DNA of 64,000 bases from Arcobacteraceae bacterium (lineage in GTDB: Bacteria > Campylobacterota > Campylobacteria > Campylobacterales > Arcobacteraceae): NCBI GenBank assembly GCA_965224485.1, contig CBDCZH010000010.1:1-64000 (forward strand), in the 5' to 3' direction. Position 1 is the stretch's first letter. Each line of letters opens with the position of its first letter. The notes below the pieces were generated by a model. That model searched no databases. It saw only the letters and a list, made by a program, of their open reading frames with translations, and was not told the DNA's origin. Position numbers and translations under genes: made by a program. This document shows, in pieces, positions 42,012 through 52,846 of this stretch.

Positions 42012-43364
42012 CTATTCTTTATTAGTTAAATCGTCTAAGAATGTTTTTTCGTCAAATTCAAGATTCATATAATCAACAATATATCTTAAGTCTCTCTCCG
42101 CATTCCCTAAACAGGAAGTTGCACCTGGACTTGGAGTCATATTAAAGATAATTCCATTACCTGGGTTAATTGAAGCTTCACCTAACATTAGTTTTTGTTT
42201 ATCTTTATCTAAAACTTGAGGTCTAATACCACCAAAACCGTGAGCATATTCTATATCATCTACACTTAAAGAGGGAACAATCTTTCTTGCATCTTGAACA
42301 AATAATTTTTTATTAATACCTGGAATTTCAAACAAGAAGTTTCTTATAACATAGTTTCTAATTTCAGAATCTTTTAATAAATCCCAAAATATTTTAACAA
42401 TATTACCATCAAAATTTAATGTTTTAAAGAAATCAAGATATGTTCCTGGTTTATATCGCTCTAATTTTGGCATCATTAAAGCAGTTGGTCCAAATCTTGT
42501 TTTACCATCAGCTAAAATATCTGGATCACCATGAAGAGCTGCAAATGGAAGTTTGTTATTTTGTACCATATAAACTTTACCATTTAAAAAATCACCAGAA
42601 GTGATATAAAAACTTCCAGCCATAGGAAGTGATCCCATATGTTTACCATGACCCATTTTGTGAGCTAAAAATAGTGAATGGGCACCTGCATTTACAACTA
42701 CAAAATCAGCCGTATATACTTCACCATTAACTGTTGTAAGTTTATATTTATCATCAATTTTTACAATTTCATCTACTTGTGAGTTAAAATAAATATCAGT
42801 AAGAATACTTGAGCATTTTTGGGCTTCTTTAGCCATTTCTTCAGTCATTCTACCAAAATCAACAGTTGTATATTGATCTTTTGCCCCCATAGCTATAATA
42901 GCTTCAGGTCTCTCTTTTGTTTGTTCTTTATTTGCATATACTAATTTTGGTTCTAATTCTTTTAGTTTTTCTCTATCCCAAAGTTCTAAGTATGGAAATA
43001 ACTCTTTAAATTCGTTGTATCTATTTTTTATAAATTCAACTTCTTTGTCTCCAACTCCTAAAGCCATCTTTTGATGAGAAAACATAATTTTATCTTGTAA
43101 ATTATACTGTAAACAAAATTTTTCGATCATTTTTGCTGATCTTTGAGTAACTTTAGCTTTTTCTAAAGTATAGTTTGTTTCAATATCACCTACATGAATA
43201 GTTTGCGAGTTTGAAGTACCTTTAGTATTTAATGTAGCTAGTGCTTCATATTTTTCTAATATACATAAACTTTTAACATTCGTATACTTAGCCATCTCAT
43301 AGAATAATGCTGCACCAGAGATTCCACCACCTACTATTACTATTTCATAATGTTTTTCGTTCAT
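42012..43364 (-). CDS. mqo: Malate:quinone oxidoreductase (Campylobacterota type)
   Basis: IVGGGISG, NSQTIHVGDIETNY, LPFAALHGDPD and MTPSPGATSCL motifs. Confidence 0.85.
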   Translation of the reverse strand: MNEKHYEIVIVGGGISGAALFYEMAKYTNVKSLCILEKYEALATLNTKGTSNSQTIHVGDIETNYTLEKAKVTQRSAKMIEKFCLQYNLQDKIMFSHQKMALGVGDKEVEFIKNRYNEFKELFPYLELWDREKLKELEPKLVYANKEQTKERPEAIIAMGAKDQYTTVDFGRMTEEMAKEAQKCSSILTDIYFNSQVDEIVKIDDKYKLTTVNGEVYTADFVVVNAGAHSLFLAHKMGHGKHMGSLPMAGSFYITSGDFLNGKVYMVQNNKLPFAALHGDPDILADGKTRFGPTALMMPKLERYKPGTYLDFFKTLNFDGNIVKIFWDLLKDSEIRNYVIRNFLFEIPGINKKLFVQDARKIVPSLSVDDIEYAHGFGGIRPQVLDKDKQKLMLGEASINPGNGIIFNMTPSPGATSCLGNAERDLRYIVDYMNLEFDEKTFLDDLTNKE

Positions 43365-43602
43365 TTACCCGTCCCTATGTAAGAAATATAATAAAAATAC
43401 TATCATAGATATTTAAATTTTTAATCTAATTGATTTATTTTCATTAATCTTTCTTGTAATTATGTTTTTTAGTAACAAATTATAACTAAATATAAGGTAT
43501 TTTGTATATCAATTTGTATACATTTGAAACAAAAAAAGTCAAAAATAATAAAAAAAGAGTAATTTCGTACTAAAATTGTACATAAATAATATATACTTAT
43601 AT

Positions 43603-43785
43603 ATGTTCAACTTTTTTAAACTAAATAAATATAAAAAAAATAGAGAAATTAACGTTTTTGTTTGCAAACATTGTAAATTATCATGCAAAGATTGTACTAC
43701 TACCTTTTGTTATTCATGTTTTGTAACTGATAATAATCCCTGTCCAAGATGTGGTAAAACTAATGTTATGCCTAAAGAAAAGTAA
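43603..43785 (+). CDS. 60-aa Cys-rich protein with four CxxC motifs
   Basis: CKHC, CKDC, CYSC and CPRC; ATG at 43603. Confidence 0.65.
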   Translation: MFNFFKLNKYKKNREINVFVCKHCKLSCKDCTTTFCYSCFVTDNNPCPRCGKTNVMPKEK

Positions 43786-43866
43786 TTTTCTTTTCTGCTC
43801 TTATATACCTTTAACGATTTTTTAGATAAAATCACTTCATTTTATTAAATATAAGGTAATTATACA

Positions 43867-46590
43867 ATGGATTACAAAGACAGTTTACTACTTCCAAATA
43901 CAAAGTTTCCAATGAGAGGTAATCTCCCACAAAATGAACCAAAGAAATATCAAAAGTGGGATGAATTAAAAGTTTATGACAAGATGAAAGCTAATAGAAA
44001 AGGCTGCAAATCTTTTACATTACATGATGGACCGCCATATGCAAATGGGCATATTCATATAGGTCATGCTTTAAATAAGATCCTAAAAGATATTATTAAT
44101 AAGTTTCATTATTTTGATGGTAAATCAATTAGATATGTTCCTGGTTGGGATTGTCATGGTTTACCAATTGAGCAAAAAGTTGAAGAAAAGATTGGAAGTA
44201 CTAAGAAAAAAGAACTTCCAAAATCAAAATTAAGACAATTATGTCGTGATCATGCTTCAAGATTTGTTGATATTCAAAGAGATGAGTTTAAAAAACTAGG
44301 TGTTATTGCTGATTGGGATAATCCTTATTTAACAATGGACTTTAAATTTGAGGCAAATATTTACAGAGAACTTTGTGCAATTGCTAAAAAAGGTTTATTA
44401 ATTCAAAGAAGTAAACCAGTATACTGGTCTTGGGCTGCTCAAACAGCTCTTGCTGAAGCAGAAGTTGAATATGAAGATAAAACTTCACCTTCTATATATG
44501 TAGCATTTAAACATGAAAAATTAGATGCATCTTTAATTATCTGGACTACAACTCCTTGGACACTTCCAGCTAATACAGGAATCGCTTTAAATCCTGAAGA
44601 GATATATGTTTTAACTGAAGATAAATTTATAGTAGCACAAAAACTACATAGCGAATTAATTAAAAACGAAGTAATCAAAGGTAAAATTCTAAAAGAAATT
44701 CCTGTAAAAGATTTAGAAAATACTAATACAATAAATCCTTTAAATGGTAGAACTTCAAAAATTATTTTTGGAGATCATGTTGAGATGGAATCAGGTTCTG
44801 GTGCAGTTCATACAGCTCCTGGACATGGTGAGGATGATTATAAAGTAGGTCTAATTTATGGTTTAGACGTTATTATGCCTGTTGATGCTTATGGTAAATA
44901 TGATGAAACAATTGTAAGAGAAAAACTTTTTAGAGACACTGATAAATATTTAGGACTTAATGTCTTTAAGGCAAATCCTTTAATTTTAGAAGAATTAGGT
45001 GATGCTTTATTAAAACATATTGATATAAGACACTCATATCCACATTGTTGGAGAACACATACACCTATTATTTTTAGAGCTACAAAACAGTGGTTTATTT
45101 CTGTTGATGATAAATATGGAAAAGAGAATAAAACTCTTAGAGAAAATGCTCTTGATATTATTAATGATATAACTTTTTATCCTGAATGGGGAAGAAATAG
45201 ATTAAGATCAATGTTAGATGGACGACCTGATTGGTGTATTTCACGTCAAAGAGACTGGGGAGTTCCTATTGCATTTTTTAGAAATAAGAAGACTGACGAA
45301 ATTATTTTTGATGAAAAAGTACTTAACTATACTGCTATGATTTTTGAGCAAAAAGGTTGTGATGCTTGGTATGATTTAGAAATAAGTGAGCTTTTATATC
45401 CTGGTTCTGGTTTAAATCCTGATGATTTAGAAAAAACTCTTGATATTTTAGATGTTTGGTTTGATTCAGGTTCAACACAAAATGCAGTTTTACGTTCAAG
45501 AAACTATGATGCAGGAACATTTCCAGCTGATATGTACCTTGAAGGAAGTGATCAGCATAGAGGTTGGTTCCAAAGTTCACTTTTAACAAGTCTTGCTTCA
45601 AATGAAGTAGCACCTTATAAGGCTGTTTTAACTCATGGTTTTACTGTTGATGAGAAGGGCGAAAAAATGTCTAAATCAAAAGGAAATGTTGTTGCACCTG
45701 ATAAAGTGATGAAACAATATGGTTCTGAGATACTTAGACTATGGGTTGCTATGAGTGATTATCAAAGTGATTTAAAAATCTCTGATAATATATTAAAACA
45801 AAATGCAGAACTTTATAGAAAAATTAGAAATACTGCGAGATTTTTACTTGCAAATGTTAATGATTTAGAAACTCTACTTCCTGTTGATAAATTAGGTGAA
45901 TTAGATAAGTGGATTATTGATAAAACTAAAACTACTTTTGATGAAATTCATACTTGTTTTAGTGTTTATGAATTTTCAAAAGGTTTAAATAAATTAAATC
46001 ATTTCTTAGTAGTTGATTTATCTGGAATTTATTTAGATGTGTGTAAAGATAGATTATATTGTGATAGAAAAGATGCAAATATACGTCTTGGTGCACAAAC
46101 TGCTATGGCTATGATTGCTAAAAAACTATTTACTACTTTAGCTCCTATTTTAACATATACAATTGATGAATTATTAGAACATTCTCCAGAAGTTATAAAA
46201 GGTGAAGCTAAAGATGTATTTGATTTAATCAGATATGATTTACCTGAAGTTGAAAGTAAACTTAACTCAGCACATTTAATAGCAGCAAAAGAAAAGTTTA
46301 GTGAAGCAATTGATACACTAAAAAAAGATAAAGTTATTAAAACAACATTAGAATTAGATATTTATACTAATTCAAGTGATATCTTAGCTTTAAATATAAC
46401 AGATGCTGAAGATTGGTTTATTGTTAGTGGATTAGTTCCTAAAAAAGAAGATGCTTTAGTATCTTTTGAAATTGATGGTTCTGCCTTTGAAGCATATAAA
46501 GCAAATAATGCAAAATGTCCTAGATGTTGGAAGTTTAAATCTACATCAGAAGAGTGCTTATGTGTTAGATGTGAGACAAGTTTAAAATAA
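43867..46590 (+). CDS. ileS: Isoleucine--tRNA ligase
   Basis: HDGPPYANGHIHIGH, WTTTPWT, KMSKS and C-terminal zinc finger. Confidence 0.98.
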   Translation: MDYKDSLLLPNTKFPMRGNLPQNEPKKYQKWDELKVYDKMKANRKGCKSFTLHDGPPYANGHIHIGHALNKILKDIINKFHYFDGKSIRYVPGWDCHGLPIEQKVEEKIGSTKKKELPKSKLRQLCRDHASRFVDIQRDEFKKLGVIADWDNPYLTMDFKFEANIYRELCAIAKKGLLIQRSKPVYWSWAAQTALAEAEVEYEDKTSPSIYVAFKHEKLDASLIIWTTTPWTLPANTGIALNPEEIYVLTEDKFIVAQKLHSELIKNEVIKGKILKEIPVKDLENTNTINPLNGRTSKIIFGDHVEMESGSGAVHTAPGHGEDDYKVGLIYGLDVIMPVDAYGKYDETIVREKLFRDTDKYLGLNVFKANPLILEELGDALLKHIDIRHSYPHCWRTHTPIIFRATKQWFISVDDKYGKENKTLRENALDIINDITFYPEWGRNRLRSMLDGRPDWCISRQRDWGVPIAFFRNKKTDEIIFDEKVLNYTAMIFEQKGCDAWYDLEISELLYPGSGLNPDDLEKTLDILDVWFDSGSTQNAVLRSRNYDAGTFPADMYLEGSDQHRGWFQSSLLTSLASNEVAPYKAVLTHGFTVDEKGEKMSKSKGNVVAPDKVMKQYGSEILRLWVAMSDYQSDLKISDNILKQNAELYRKIRNTARFLLANVNDLETLLPVDKLGELDKWIIDKTKTTFDEIHTCFSVYEFSKGLNKLNHFLVVDLSGIYLDVCKDRLYCDRKDANIRLGAQTAMAMIAKKLFTTLAPILTYTIDELLEHSPEVIKGEAKDVFDLIRYDLPEVESKLNSAHLIAAKEKFSEAIDTLKKDKVIKTTLELDIYTNSSDILALNITDAEDWFIVSGLVPKKEDALVSFEIDGSAFEAYKANNAKCPRCWKFKSTSEECLCVRCETSLK

Positions 46591-46691
46591 TGTTTGAAGA
46601 AGAAGTTACTCTTAGTTTTATATTTCAAACAATAGCAGTTATTTGTATAATAATTGCTATTGGAATATTTTATGTTAAGAAAAATAAATAA
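46590..46691 (+). CDS. 33-aa single-TM peptide (below the ORF-track cutoff)
   Basis: TAATG coupling to ileS; MFEEEVTLSFIFQTIAVICIIIAIGIFYVKKNK. Confidence 0.6.
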   Translation: MFEEEVTLSFIFQTIAVICIIIAIGIFYVKKNK

Positions 46692-46703
46692 AGGTTTAAG
46701 ATA

Positions 46704-46982
46704 ATGATGCCATTTTCTGATGAAGATTTATTAGCACCAGTGCAAAGTATAATGGAAAAAAAGATTGTTCCCATGTTAGCACGTGATGGTGGCGCTATTG
46801 AATTATTAGGAATAAAAACAGGTAAAGTTTTTATTCAACTAAAAGGTTCTTGTGTTGGATGCAGTGCTAGTAATACTACATTAAAATTTGTTGTTGAAAA
46901 AGAGTTAAAAGAAGCAATCCATCCTGAACTTGAGATAATAAATGTAGCTATTGGTGATGAACAATCGTTTAAGGATTTATAA
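46704..46982 (+). CDS. NifU C-terminal (Nfu) domain protein
   Basis: PMLARDGG, LKGSCVGC and TLK motifs. Confidence 0.9.
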   Translation: MMPFSDEDLLAPVQSIMEKKIVPMLARDGGAIELLGIKTGKVFIQLKGSCVGCSASNTTLKFVVEKELKEAIHPELEIINVAIGDEQSFKDL

Positions 46983-47575
46983 TGATAAATGAGAAAAATT
47001 TATTAAACAAAGCAAATGCATATTTCTTAGCAAAAGAATTTGGAAAAGCTATGTTTATATATTCTCAATTATCTTCATTAAATCGATCAAATAAAGAGTA
47101 CCTAATGTATGCTCTTTTTTGTGATTTATCAAGTGAAGATGAAGAAAAAGCTTTATCTTTATTTGATTATTTTTGTATTGCAAAAGAAGAAAACTTAGAT
47201 GAAGCAATTTTATATGTAAATAATGTTTTAGAGGCATATTCTGGTGATATTGATAAAATGATGGGTTTGTTAAAAGATATTTCTGATGCTAGTGTTGATT
47301 CTTTAGATGCTATAAAATATGAAGATTTTAAACATTTAGTTAAATCTCGTGGTTCTTTTAGAATTGCTTTTGAAGATATTATGTTTTCAACAAAAGTAGC
47401 AATTGAATCAAGAGATGATTTTTTTGACTTTGTTTTTAAACTTATTGAAAATGATTTTAGTACTACTGCTTATTCATATTTAGAAGGTTTTAATGATTAT
47501 TTTACTTATGATAAGAAAATAGAAGAGTTATATAAATTATTAGAAGAGAAAAAACTTGCAACTAATCATAAATAA
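46982..47575 (+). CDS. Hypothetical protein (TPR-like N-terminus)
   Basis: Coupled ORF between nfu and murE; FEDIMFSTKV motif. Confidence 0.75.
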   Translation: MINEKNLLNKANAYFLAKEFGKAMFIYSQLSSLNRSNKEYLMYALFCDLSSEDEEKALSLFDYFCIAKEENLDEAILYVNNVLEAYSGDIDKMMGLLKDISDASVDSLDAIKYEDFKHLVKSRGSFRIAFEDIMFSTKVAIESRDDFFDFVFKLIENDFSTTAYSYLEGFNDYFTYDKKIEELYKLLEEKKLATNHK

Positions 47576-48845
47576 TAAAACCTATACAGATAATTCACAA
47601 GAGGCAAATGAAAATTCAATTTTTGTTTATAATAGTCAAAACAAGAGTTTTATTAATGATGCTAAGAAAAATAAATGTAAAAATATAATTTCTTCTTCTA
47701 CCTTAGCTTCACATTTAGATCTATCTTCAATAAAAATTATTGGAATAACGGGAACTAATGGAAAAACAACAACAGCAGCAGCTATTTATTCTATTTTATT
47801 AGATTTAGGTTATAAGGTAGCTTTACAAGGGACGAGAGGTTTCTTTATAAATGATGAACGAATTGAAGAATACTCACTAACAACTCCAGTTCAACTTGCA
47901 AATTTCTCTAATATACAAGAAGCAATGCAAAATGATTGTGATTTTTTTGTTATGGAAGTTAGTTCTCATGCTTTAGCTCAAAATAGAATAGAGGGTTTAA
48001 ATTTTGAACTTAAAATTTTAACTAATATTACAAGAGATCATCTTGATTATCACAAAACTATTGAAGAATATATAGCTATTAAAAATTCATTTTTTGCAGA
48101 TGAGGGTAAAAAACTTATTAATAAAGATGAAAAAAAAGCAGTTTATAATGTAAAGAATGGTTTTGCTTATTCCTTAGATGAACCCTCAACATATAAAGTA
48201 CAGGCTTACTCTTTTAATGATGGTATGCAAGTAGCTATTGCAAATTTTGATAAAATGGTTAATTTTAATTCTTCAATGATGGGTATATTTAATATTTATA
48301 ATCTAACTGCGGCACTTGCAGCAGTTCATATTTGTACAAAAGAAAAATTAGAAGATATATGTGTAGCTCTTGAAAACTTTGCTGGTGTTTCAGGAAGAAT
48401 GGAAATAATTTCTTTAAAACCTTTAATCATAGTTGATTTTGCTCATACTCCTGATGGAATGAAAGAAGTTCTTGAGAGTTTTAATCAAAAAGATATTATT
48501 GTTGTTTTTGGAGCAGGTGGAAATAGAGATATAAGCAAACGAGCTTTAATGGGTATGATGGCTAATAATTATGCAAAAAAGATTTTTTTAACTTCTGATA
48601 ATCCAAGATTTGAAGATCCTGATTTAATAATAGATGATATCTTAGAAGGAATTAAAGATAAATCTAAGGTTATTATTGAAGTTAATAGAAAAGAAGCGAT
48701 TAAAAAAGCAATTTTAAGTGCTTCTTCAAACTGTGTTATTTTAGTTTTAGGAAAAGGTGATGAACAGTACCAAATAATTTATGATAAAAAGTTTCACCAG
48801 GTTGATAAAGAAATTATAGAAAATATTTTATCATCAAATAAATAA
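47556..48845 (+). CDS. murE: UDP-MurNAc-tripeptide synthetase
   Basis: GITGTNGKTT, MEVSSH, DHLDYH, DFAHTPDG, DNPR and GKG motifs. Confidence 0.96.
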   Translation: MQLIINNKTYTDNSQEANENSIFVYNSQNKSFINDAKKNKCKNIISSSTLASHLDLSSIKIIGITGTNGKTTTAAAIYSILLDLGYKVALQGTRGFFINDERIEEYSLTTPVQLANFSNIQEAMQNDCDFFVMEVSSHALAQNRIEGLNFELKILTNITRDHLDYHKTIEEYIAIKNSFFADEGKKLINKDEKKAVYNVKNGFAYSLDEPSTYKVQAYSFNDGMQVAIANFDKMVNFNSSMMGIFNIYNLTAALAAVHICTKEKLEDICVALENFAGVSGRMEIISLKPLIIVDFAHTPDGMKEVLESFNQKDIIVVFGAGGNRDISKRALMGMMANNYAKKIFLTSDNPRFEDPDLIIDDILEGIKDKSKVIIEVNRKEAIKKAILSASSNCVILVLGKGDEQYQIIYDKKFHQVDKEIIENILSSNK

Positions 48846-48871
48846 GAAAACTAAAACTTTTATTATAGGGT

Positions 48872-49744
48872 TTATTTAGAATAAGCCCTAATAGTAAACC
48901 CTCTTTTTTGACTTGTTTCTGCTATATAATTAACATAAGTAATTAAAGCCTTGTTTCCTAACTCTTTTTTGATTAACCAAGCTCCTTCTAAAACTCTAGT
49001 TCTTGCTAACCCTTCTGTTAGGTATTTTTTCAATAAAGTCTTTTCAACCTTGTTTGTATTAATTTGATTAATTCTATTATCTATTAATTGCTTGTCTTTT
49101 TGATCTGATATTGCAATAATTTCATATTTTAAAGCTTTATTATTTTTCTTTAAAAAATTAGTAATCTTAGTTTTACAAGCTTTGGTTATAGCATTACTAC
49201 CAGCTTCTTCATTATAACAACCTGTATGTTTGTATTTTTTTAATTTAGTTTTATTAATGGTTTCTTTATCACTATTTATAAGTTGTTTTTTAAGGCTTTT
49301 ATTTTTAATAAGTAAAGAAGTTAACTCTTTTTTTACATTTTTAATGTCTTTTTTTAACTTAGATTCTTTTTGTTCTAATTGTTTAATATATGTTTTATCA
49401 AAGGTATTTAGTTTTTCTTGGTATTTAGAAACTACATCTTTTAAAACATATTTTTCTTGGGTATTAAGTTTTAAATTTTCAAACACTATAGAGTCTTTTT
49501 TTATATAAGAGTTCGATTGTACTATTTTATTTAGTCCAAATAATTTATAAGAGACAAATCCTAGTGCTGTAAGTGAAATTACAAGAAAAAATATTAAAGT
49601 AAAACTATTCTTATCTGACTTTCTTCTTACCGAAATTTTCTTCAAATAATCACTAGTTGTTGGTTCTTCATTTTCATATAAATCACCATTTATTGATTCT
49701 TGAGATCTTTCTTGTAGAATAGCAATTAATTCTTCTTTATTCAT
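48872..49744 (-). CDS. Hypothetical single-TM coiled-coil protein
   Basis: 290-aa ORF with one TM segment and a K/E-rich coiled coil. Confidence 0.7.
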   Translation of the reverse strand: MNKEELIAILQERSQESINGDLYENEEPTTSDYLKKISVRRKSDKNSFTLIFFLVISLTALGFVSYKLFGLNKIVQSNSYIKKDSIVFENLKLNTQEKYVLKDVVSKYQEKLNTFDKTYIKQLEQKESKLKKDIKNVKKELTSLLIKNKSLKKQLINSDKETINKTKLKKYKHTGCYNEEAGSNAITKACKTKITNFLKKNNKALKYEIIAISDQKDKQLIDNRINQINTNKVEKTLLKKYLTEGLARTRVLEGAWLIKKELGNKALITYVNYIAETSQKRGFTIRAYSK

Positions 49745-49784
49745 TTATCTCTACTTTATATTAATATTTATCATAATAACTTTA

Positions 49785-50687
49785 TTATTCTTTATTTTTA
49801 AGAAAAATGAATAAAATTAAGGCAAGTATTGTAAAAAATAGAGAATAAAAGAATAAATACTGCTTTAAAATGATTTTATTTGTTTCTATTTTAGACTTTT
49901 CTAATTTATTTATTTCTTCATATACTTTCTTTAAGTCTTTTTTATTTCTTGCATGAAAGGTTTTTCCATTATCTTGAGTGATTTGATTTAACAAAGATAT
50001 ATTAGACTCACCGATTCCAATAGCGTATATTTTTATTTTGTATTTTTTAGCTAAAAATTTGACTACTTTTAAAGGAATTGTACTAATTGTATCTTCTCCA
50101 TCGCTTAGAATAATAATAAGTTTAGACTTTGCTTTTGAATCTTTTAATATATTAATAGAAGTTGCAAGAGAGTCAATTAAGGCTGTTTTATCTCCTACAA
50201 TTCCAATATCTAAATAAGAAATAATCTCACTTTGTGCTTGTTTATCAAAAGATATCGGAGAAGCTGTTAAAACAGATGAGCCAAAAACAACTAAAGCTAT
50301 ATTATCATTGAGTCTTTTTTTTATAAAATCTTGTACAATTAGGCTAACAGCTTTCCATCTATTTTGCTCCAAATCATCTTTATTAAAACCAATTGCTCTC
50401 ATTGAACCACTTGTATCAAGACAAAGTACTATATCAATTCCATTATTTTTAATAAATTTATTATCTAAGATTTTTACAGGTGAACTTAAAGAAATAAGAG
50501 CAAATACAATTATAAACCATTTTAAAAAAATAATAAAAAAATTAATATTTGTATTTACATCTTTTAGTATATTCAAGTGCGGCATATAATACGTTGGGCT
50601 CTTAGCTTTACAATAATACGCACAAAATATAAAAGGTAGAATTATTAATAAAACTGCTGGGTACTCTAAAGTAATATTATTAAACAT
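49785..50687 (-). CDS. vWA domain protein (BatA-like)
   Basis: LDTSGSM MIDAS, TALIDS, LSDGE; flanking TM segments. Confidence 0.9.
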   Translation of the reverse strand: MFNNITLEYPAVLLIILPFIFCAYYCKAKSPTYYMPHLNILKDVNTNINFFIIFLKWFIIVFALISLSSPVKILDNKFIKNNGIDIVLCLDTSGSMRAIGFNKDDLEQNRWKAVSLIVQDFIKKRLNDNIALVVFGSSVLTASPISFDKQAQSEIISYLDIGIVGDKTALIDSLATSINILKDSKAKSKLIIILSDGEDTISTIPLKVVKFLAKKYKIKIYAIGIGESNISLLNQITQDNGKTFHARNKKDLKKVYEEINKLEKSKIETNKIILKQYLFFYSLFFTILALILFIFLKNKE

Positions 50688-51054
50688 CAATAGTTTCCAT
50701 TATTATTTCAAATTTGTTCAAAATATTTTTATCTATTTGTTTTACATTTTTTTTGTATTTATATTCATCTAAGTCTTTTATTAAAGCCATAATTAAAGAT
50801 GTTTCTTTTTGATCTAATAGTCTTAGATATTTACTTATCTTATATGAAGCTTCTTTGGGGTTTGAAAAATCCATATTTTTTAAAATTTGATAATACTCTT
50901 TTTTGCAATTTTTCTTTTTATTGTTTATTGTTTTATATATTAAAAAAATTAAAGAAGCTACAATGCAAAGGAGTAAAAAACACAGTATGGCAAAAACATA
51001 TAACGAAAAATCAGGAATTTCTACTAAGCTTTTTATATCATGTATTTTATTCAT
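50680..51054 (-). CDS. DUF4381-like small membrane protein of MoxR operons
   Basis: IHDIK..IPD followed by a TM segment; position in the operon. Confidence 0.7.
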   Translation of the reverse strand: MNKIHDIKSLVEIPDFSLYVFAILCFLLLCIVASLIFLIYKTINNKKKNCKKEYYQILKNMDFSNPKEASYKISKYLRLLDQKETSLIMALIKDLDEYKYKKNVKQIDKNILNKFEIIMETIDV

Positions 51055-51884
51055 TTAAGTAACTTTATCATTTTTGTTATAATTTCTTCATCTGTATAAA
51101 TTTTTGTATTTTTAATAGAACATTTTTGTAAGTGGGAGAAAAGTTCATTATCGTTTTCTTTTACATATTTTACATATTTTTTTACTGTTTCATTAGATAT
51201 AATTCCATCAAAGTTTATTGAATTTGCAGGATCAATAAAGTTTACACTACCTAGACTTGAAGTGTTCTCTTCAAACTTATCTCTTATTATGATTACAATT
51301 ATTTCATGTTTTTTACTTAAAAGAGTTAAATCTAGTTTTTTAATATTAAAAAAATCTCCTATTAAAAATATGATAGATTTTTTTTTGATTTCATTATATA
51401 TCTCTTTTGTAATATTTTCATAAAACATTTCCTTACCTAACACATCATATTGTGACATCTCTTCTAACATTACATTTACTAAAAAAGTTTTCTTAGATTT
51501 TTTTGTTAGTTTTATTAGCTTTTCATTTGCAATATAAGATGAAAAAGGATCTTTTTGTTTAACACAAGAAAAAGCTAAAAGTGAAGCTATCTCGCAAATA
51601 ACATCTTTTTTAAATTTAGCTGTGCCAAAATGAGTTGAACCATCTAAGAGGGAAATAATATTTATATTTAACTCTTTTTGTGCATGAAAAACTTTTGAAT
51701 AAGGTTTTTGCATTTTTGCAGAAATTAGCCAATCTATGTTTTTTACATCATCTCCATATTCATACTCTTTTAATTCTAAAAAATCATAACCTTCACCTTT
51801 TAATAAAGAAGAGTTATCACCAAGTACTCCTGAGAATACCTGCTGTTTTGTTTTAATAAGAATTTTTTTATATTTTATATTCAT
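51051..51884 (-). CDS. DUF58 domain protein
   Basis: GEGYDFLELKEYEYGDDVKNIDW. Confidence 0.9.
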   Translation of the reverse strand: MNIKYKKILIKTKQQVFSGVLGDNSSLLKGEGYDFLELKEYEYGDDVKNIDWLISAKMQKPYSKVFHAQKELNINIISLLDGSTHFGTAKFKKDVICEIASLLAFSCVKQKDPFSSYIANEKLIKLTKKSKKTFLVNVMLEEMSQYDVLGKEMFYENITKEIYNEIKKKSIIFLIGDFFNIKKLDLTLLSKKHEIIVIIIRDKFEENTSSLGSVNFIDPANSINFDGIISNETVKKYVKYVKENDNELFSHLQKCSIKNTKIYTDEEIITKMIKLLK

Positions 51885-51886
51885 TT

Positions 51887-52846
51887 TTATGGAATATCTA
51901 CTTTTTCAAGAATTTTATCAATAATATCATCAACTTTTATATCAAGTGCCTGTGCTTCATATGATAAAATAATCCTATGTCTTAAGATATCTTTAGCAAC
52001 AAGAGCAATATCAATAGGGCTTACATAATCATTTCCTCTTAAGTATGCTTTTGCACGAACTGCTTTAAACATATCAATACTTGCTCTTGGACTTGCTCCA
52101 AATTGTATATAATTCTCTATTTCTTCTAAACCATACTCTTTTGGATCTCTACTTGCAAATACTAGATTAATCATATACTCTTCAAGCTCTTTATCTAAGT
52201 GAACTTTTAAAACATCTTCTTTTAAAAGTATTAGTTCTTCTTTATTTAAAACTTTTGAAATTTTCTCAAAAGAATTATTTGTTACTTTAGAAGCTATTTC
52301 TCTTTCTTGCTCTTTTGTATTATAAGAGATAATGATTTTGAACATAAACCTGTCTAATTGTGCTTCTGGTAATTCATAAGCACCTTCACTTTCTATTGGG
52401 TTTTGTGTAGCTAAAACTAAAAAAGGTGCATCTAAAATGAAGGTATTTTCGGCAATCGTAACTTGCCTTTCTTGCATAACTTCAAGTAGGGCAGATTGAA
52501 CTTTTGCAGGAGCTCTATTTATTTCATCTGCTAAAAGTAGATTTGTAAAAATAGGTCCTTGTTTTATTTTAAAATTTAACTCTTTCATATCATATATTTG
52601 AGCCCCAATTATATCACTTGGTAATAAATCAGGTGTAAACTGAACTCTTTTAAAATCTAAATCTAAAACTTGAGATAAAGCTTTTACTGTTGTTGTTTTA
52701 GCAAGGCCTGGAACACCTTCTAAAAGAACATGGCCATTTGTTAATAAACCTATTAATAAAGCATCAATCATAGTTTCTTGACCTATAACTACTTTTGCTA
52801 ACTCTTTTTTTAACTTTTTTATTTTTTCAAAATGTATACTGCTCAT
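51887..52846 (-). CDS. MoxR family AAA+ ATPase
   Basis: LEGVPGLAKT, QFTPDLLPSD, DEINRA and ATQNPIE..GAYELPEAQLDRF. Confidence 0.95.
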   Translation of the reverse strand: MSSIHFEKIKKLKKELAKVVIGQETMIDALLIGLLTNGHVLLEGVPGLAKTTTVKALSQVLDLDFKRVQFTPDLLPSDIIGAQIYDMKELNFKIKQGPIFTNLLLADEINRAPAKVQSALLEVMQERQVTIAENTFILDAPFLVLATQNPIESEGAYELPEAQLDRFMFKIIISYNTKEQEREIASKVTNNSFEKISKVLNKEELILLKEDVLKVHLDKELEEYMINLVFASRDPKEYGLEEIENYIQFGASPRASIDMFKAVRAKAYLRGNDYVSPIDIALVAKDILRHRIILSYEAQALDIKVDDIIDKILEKVDIP

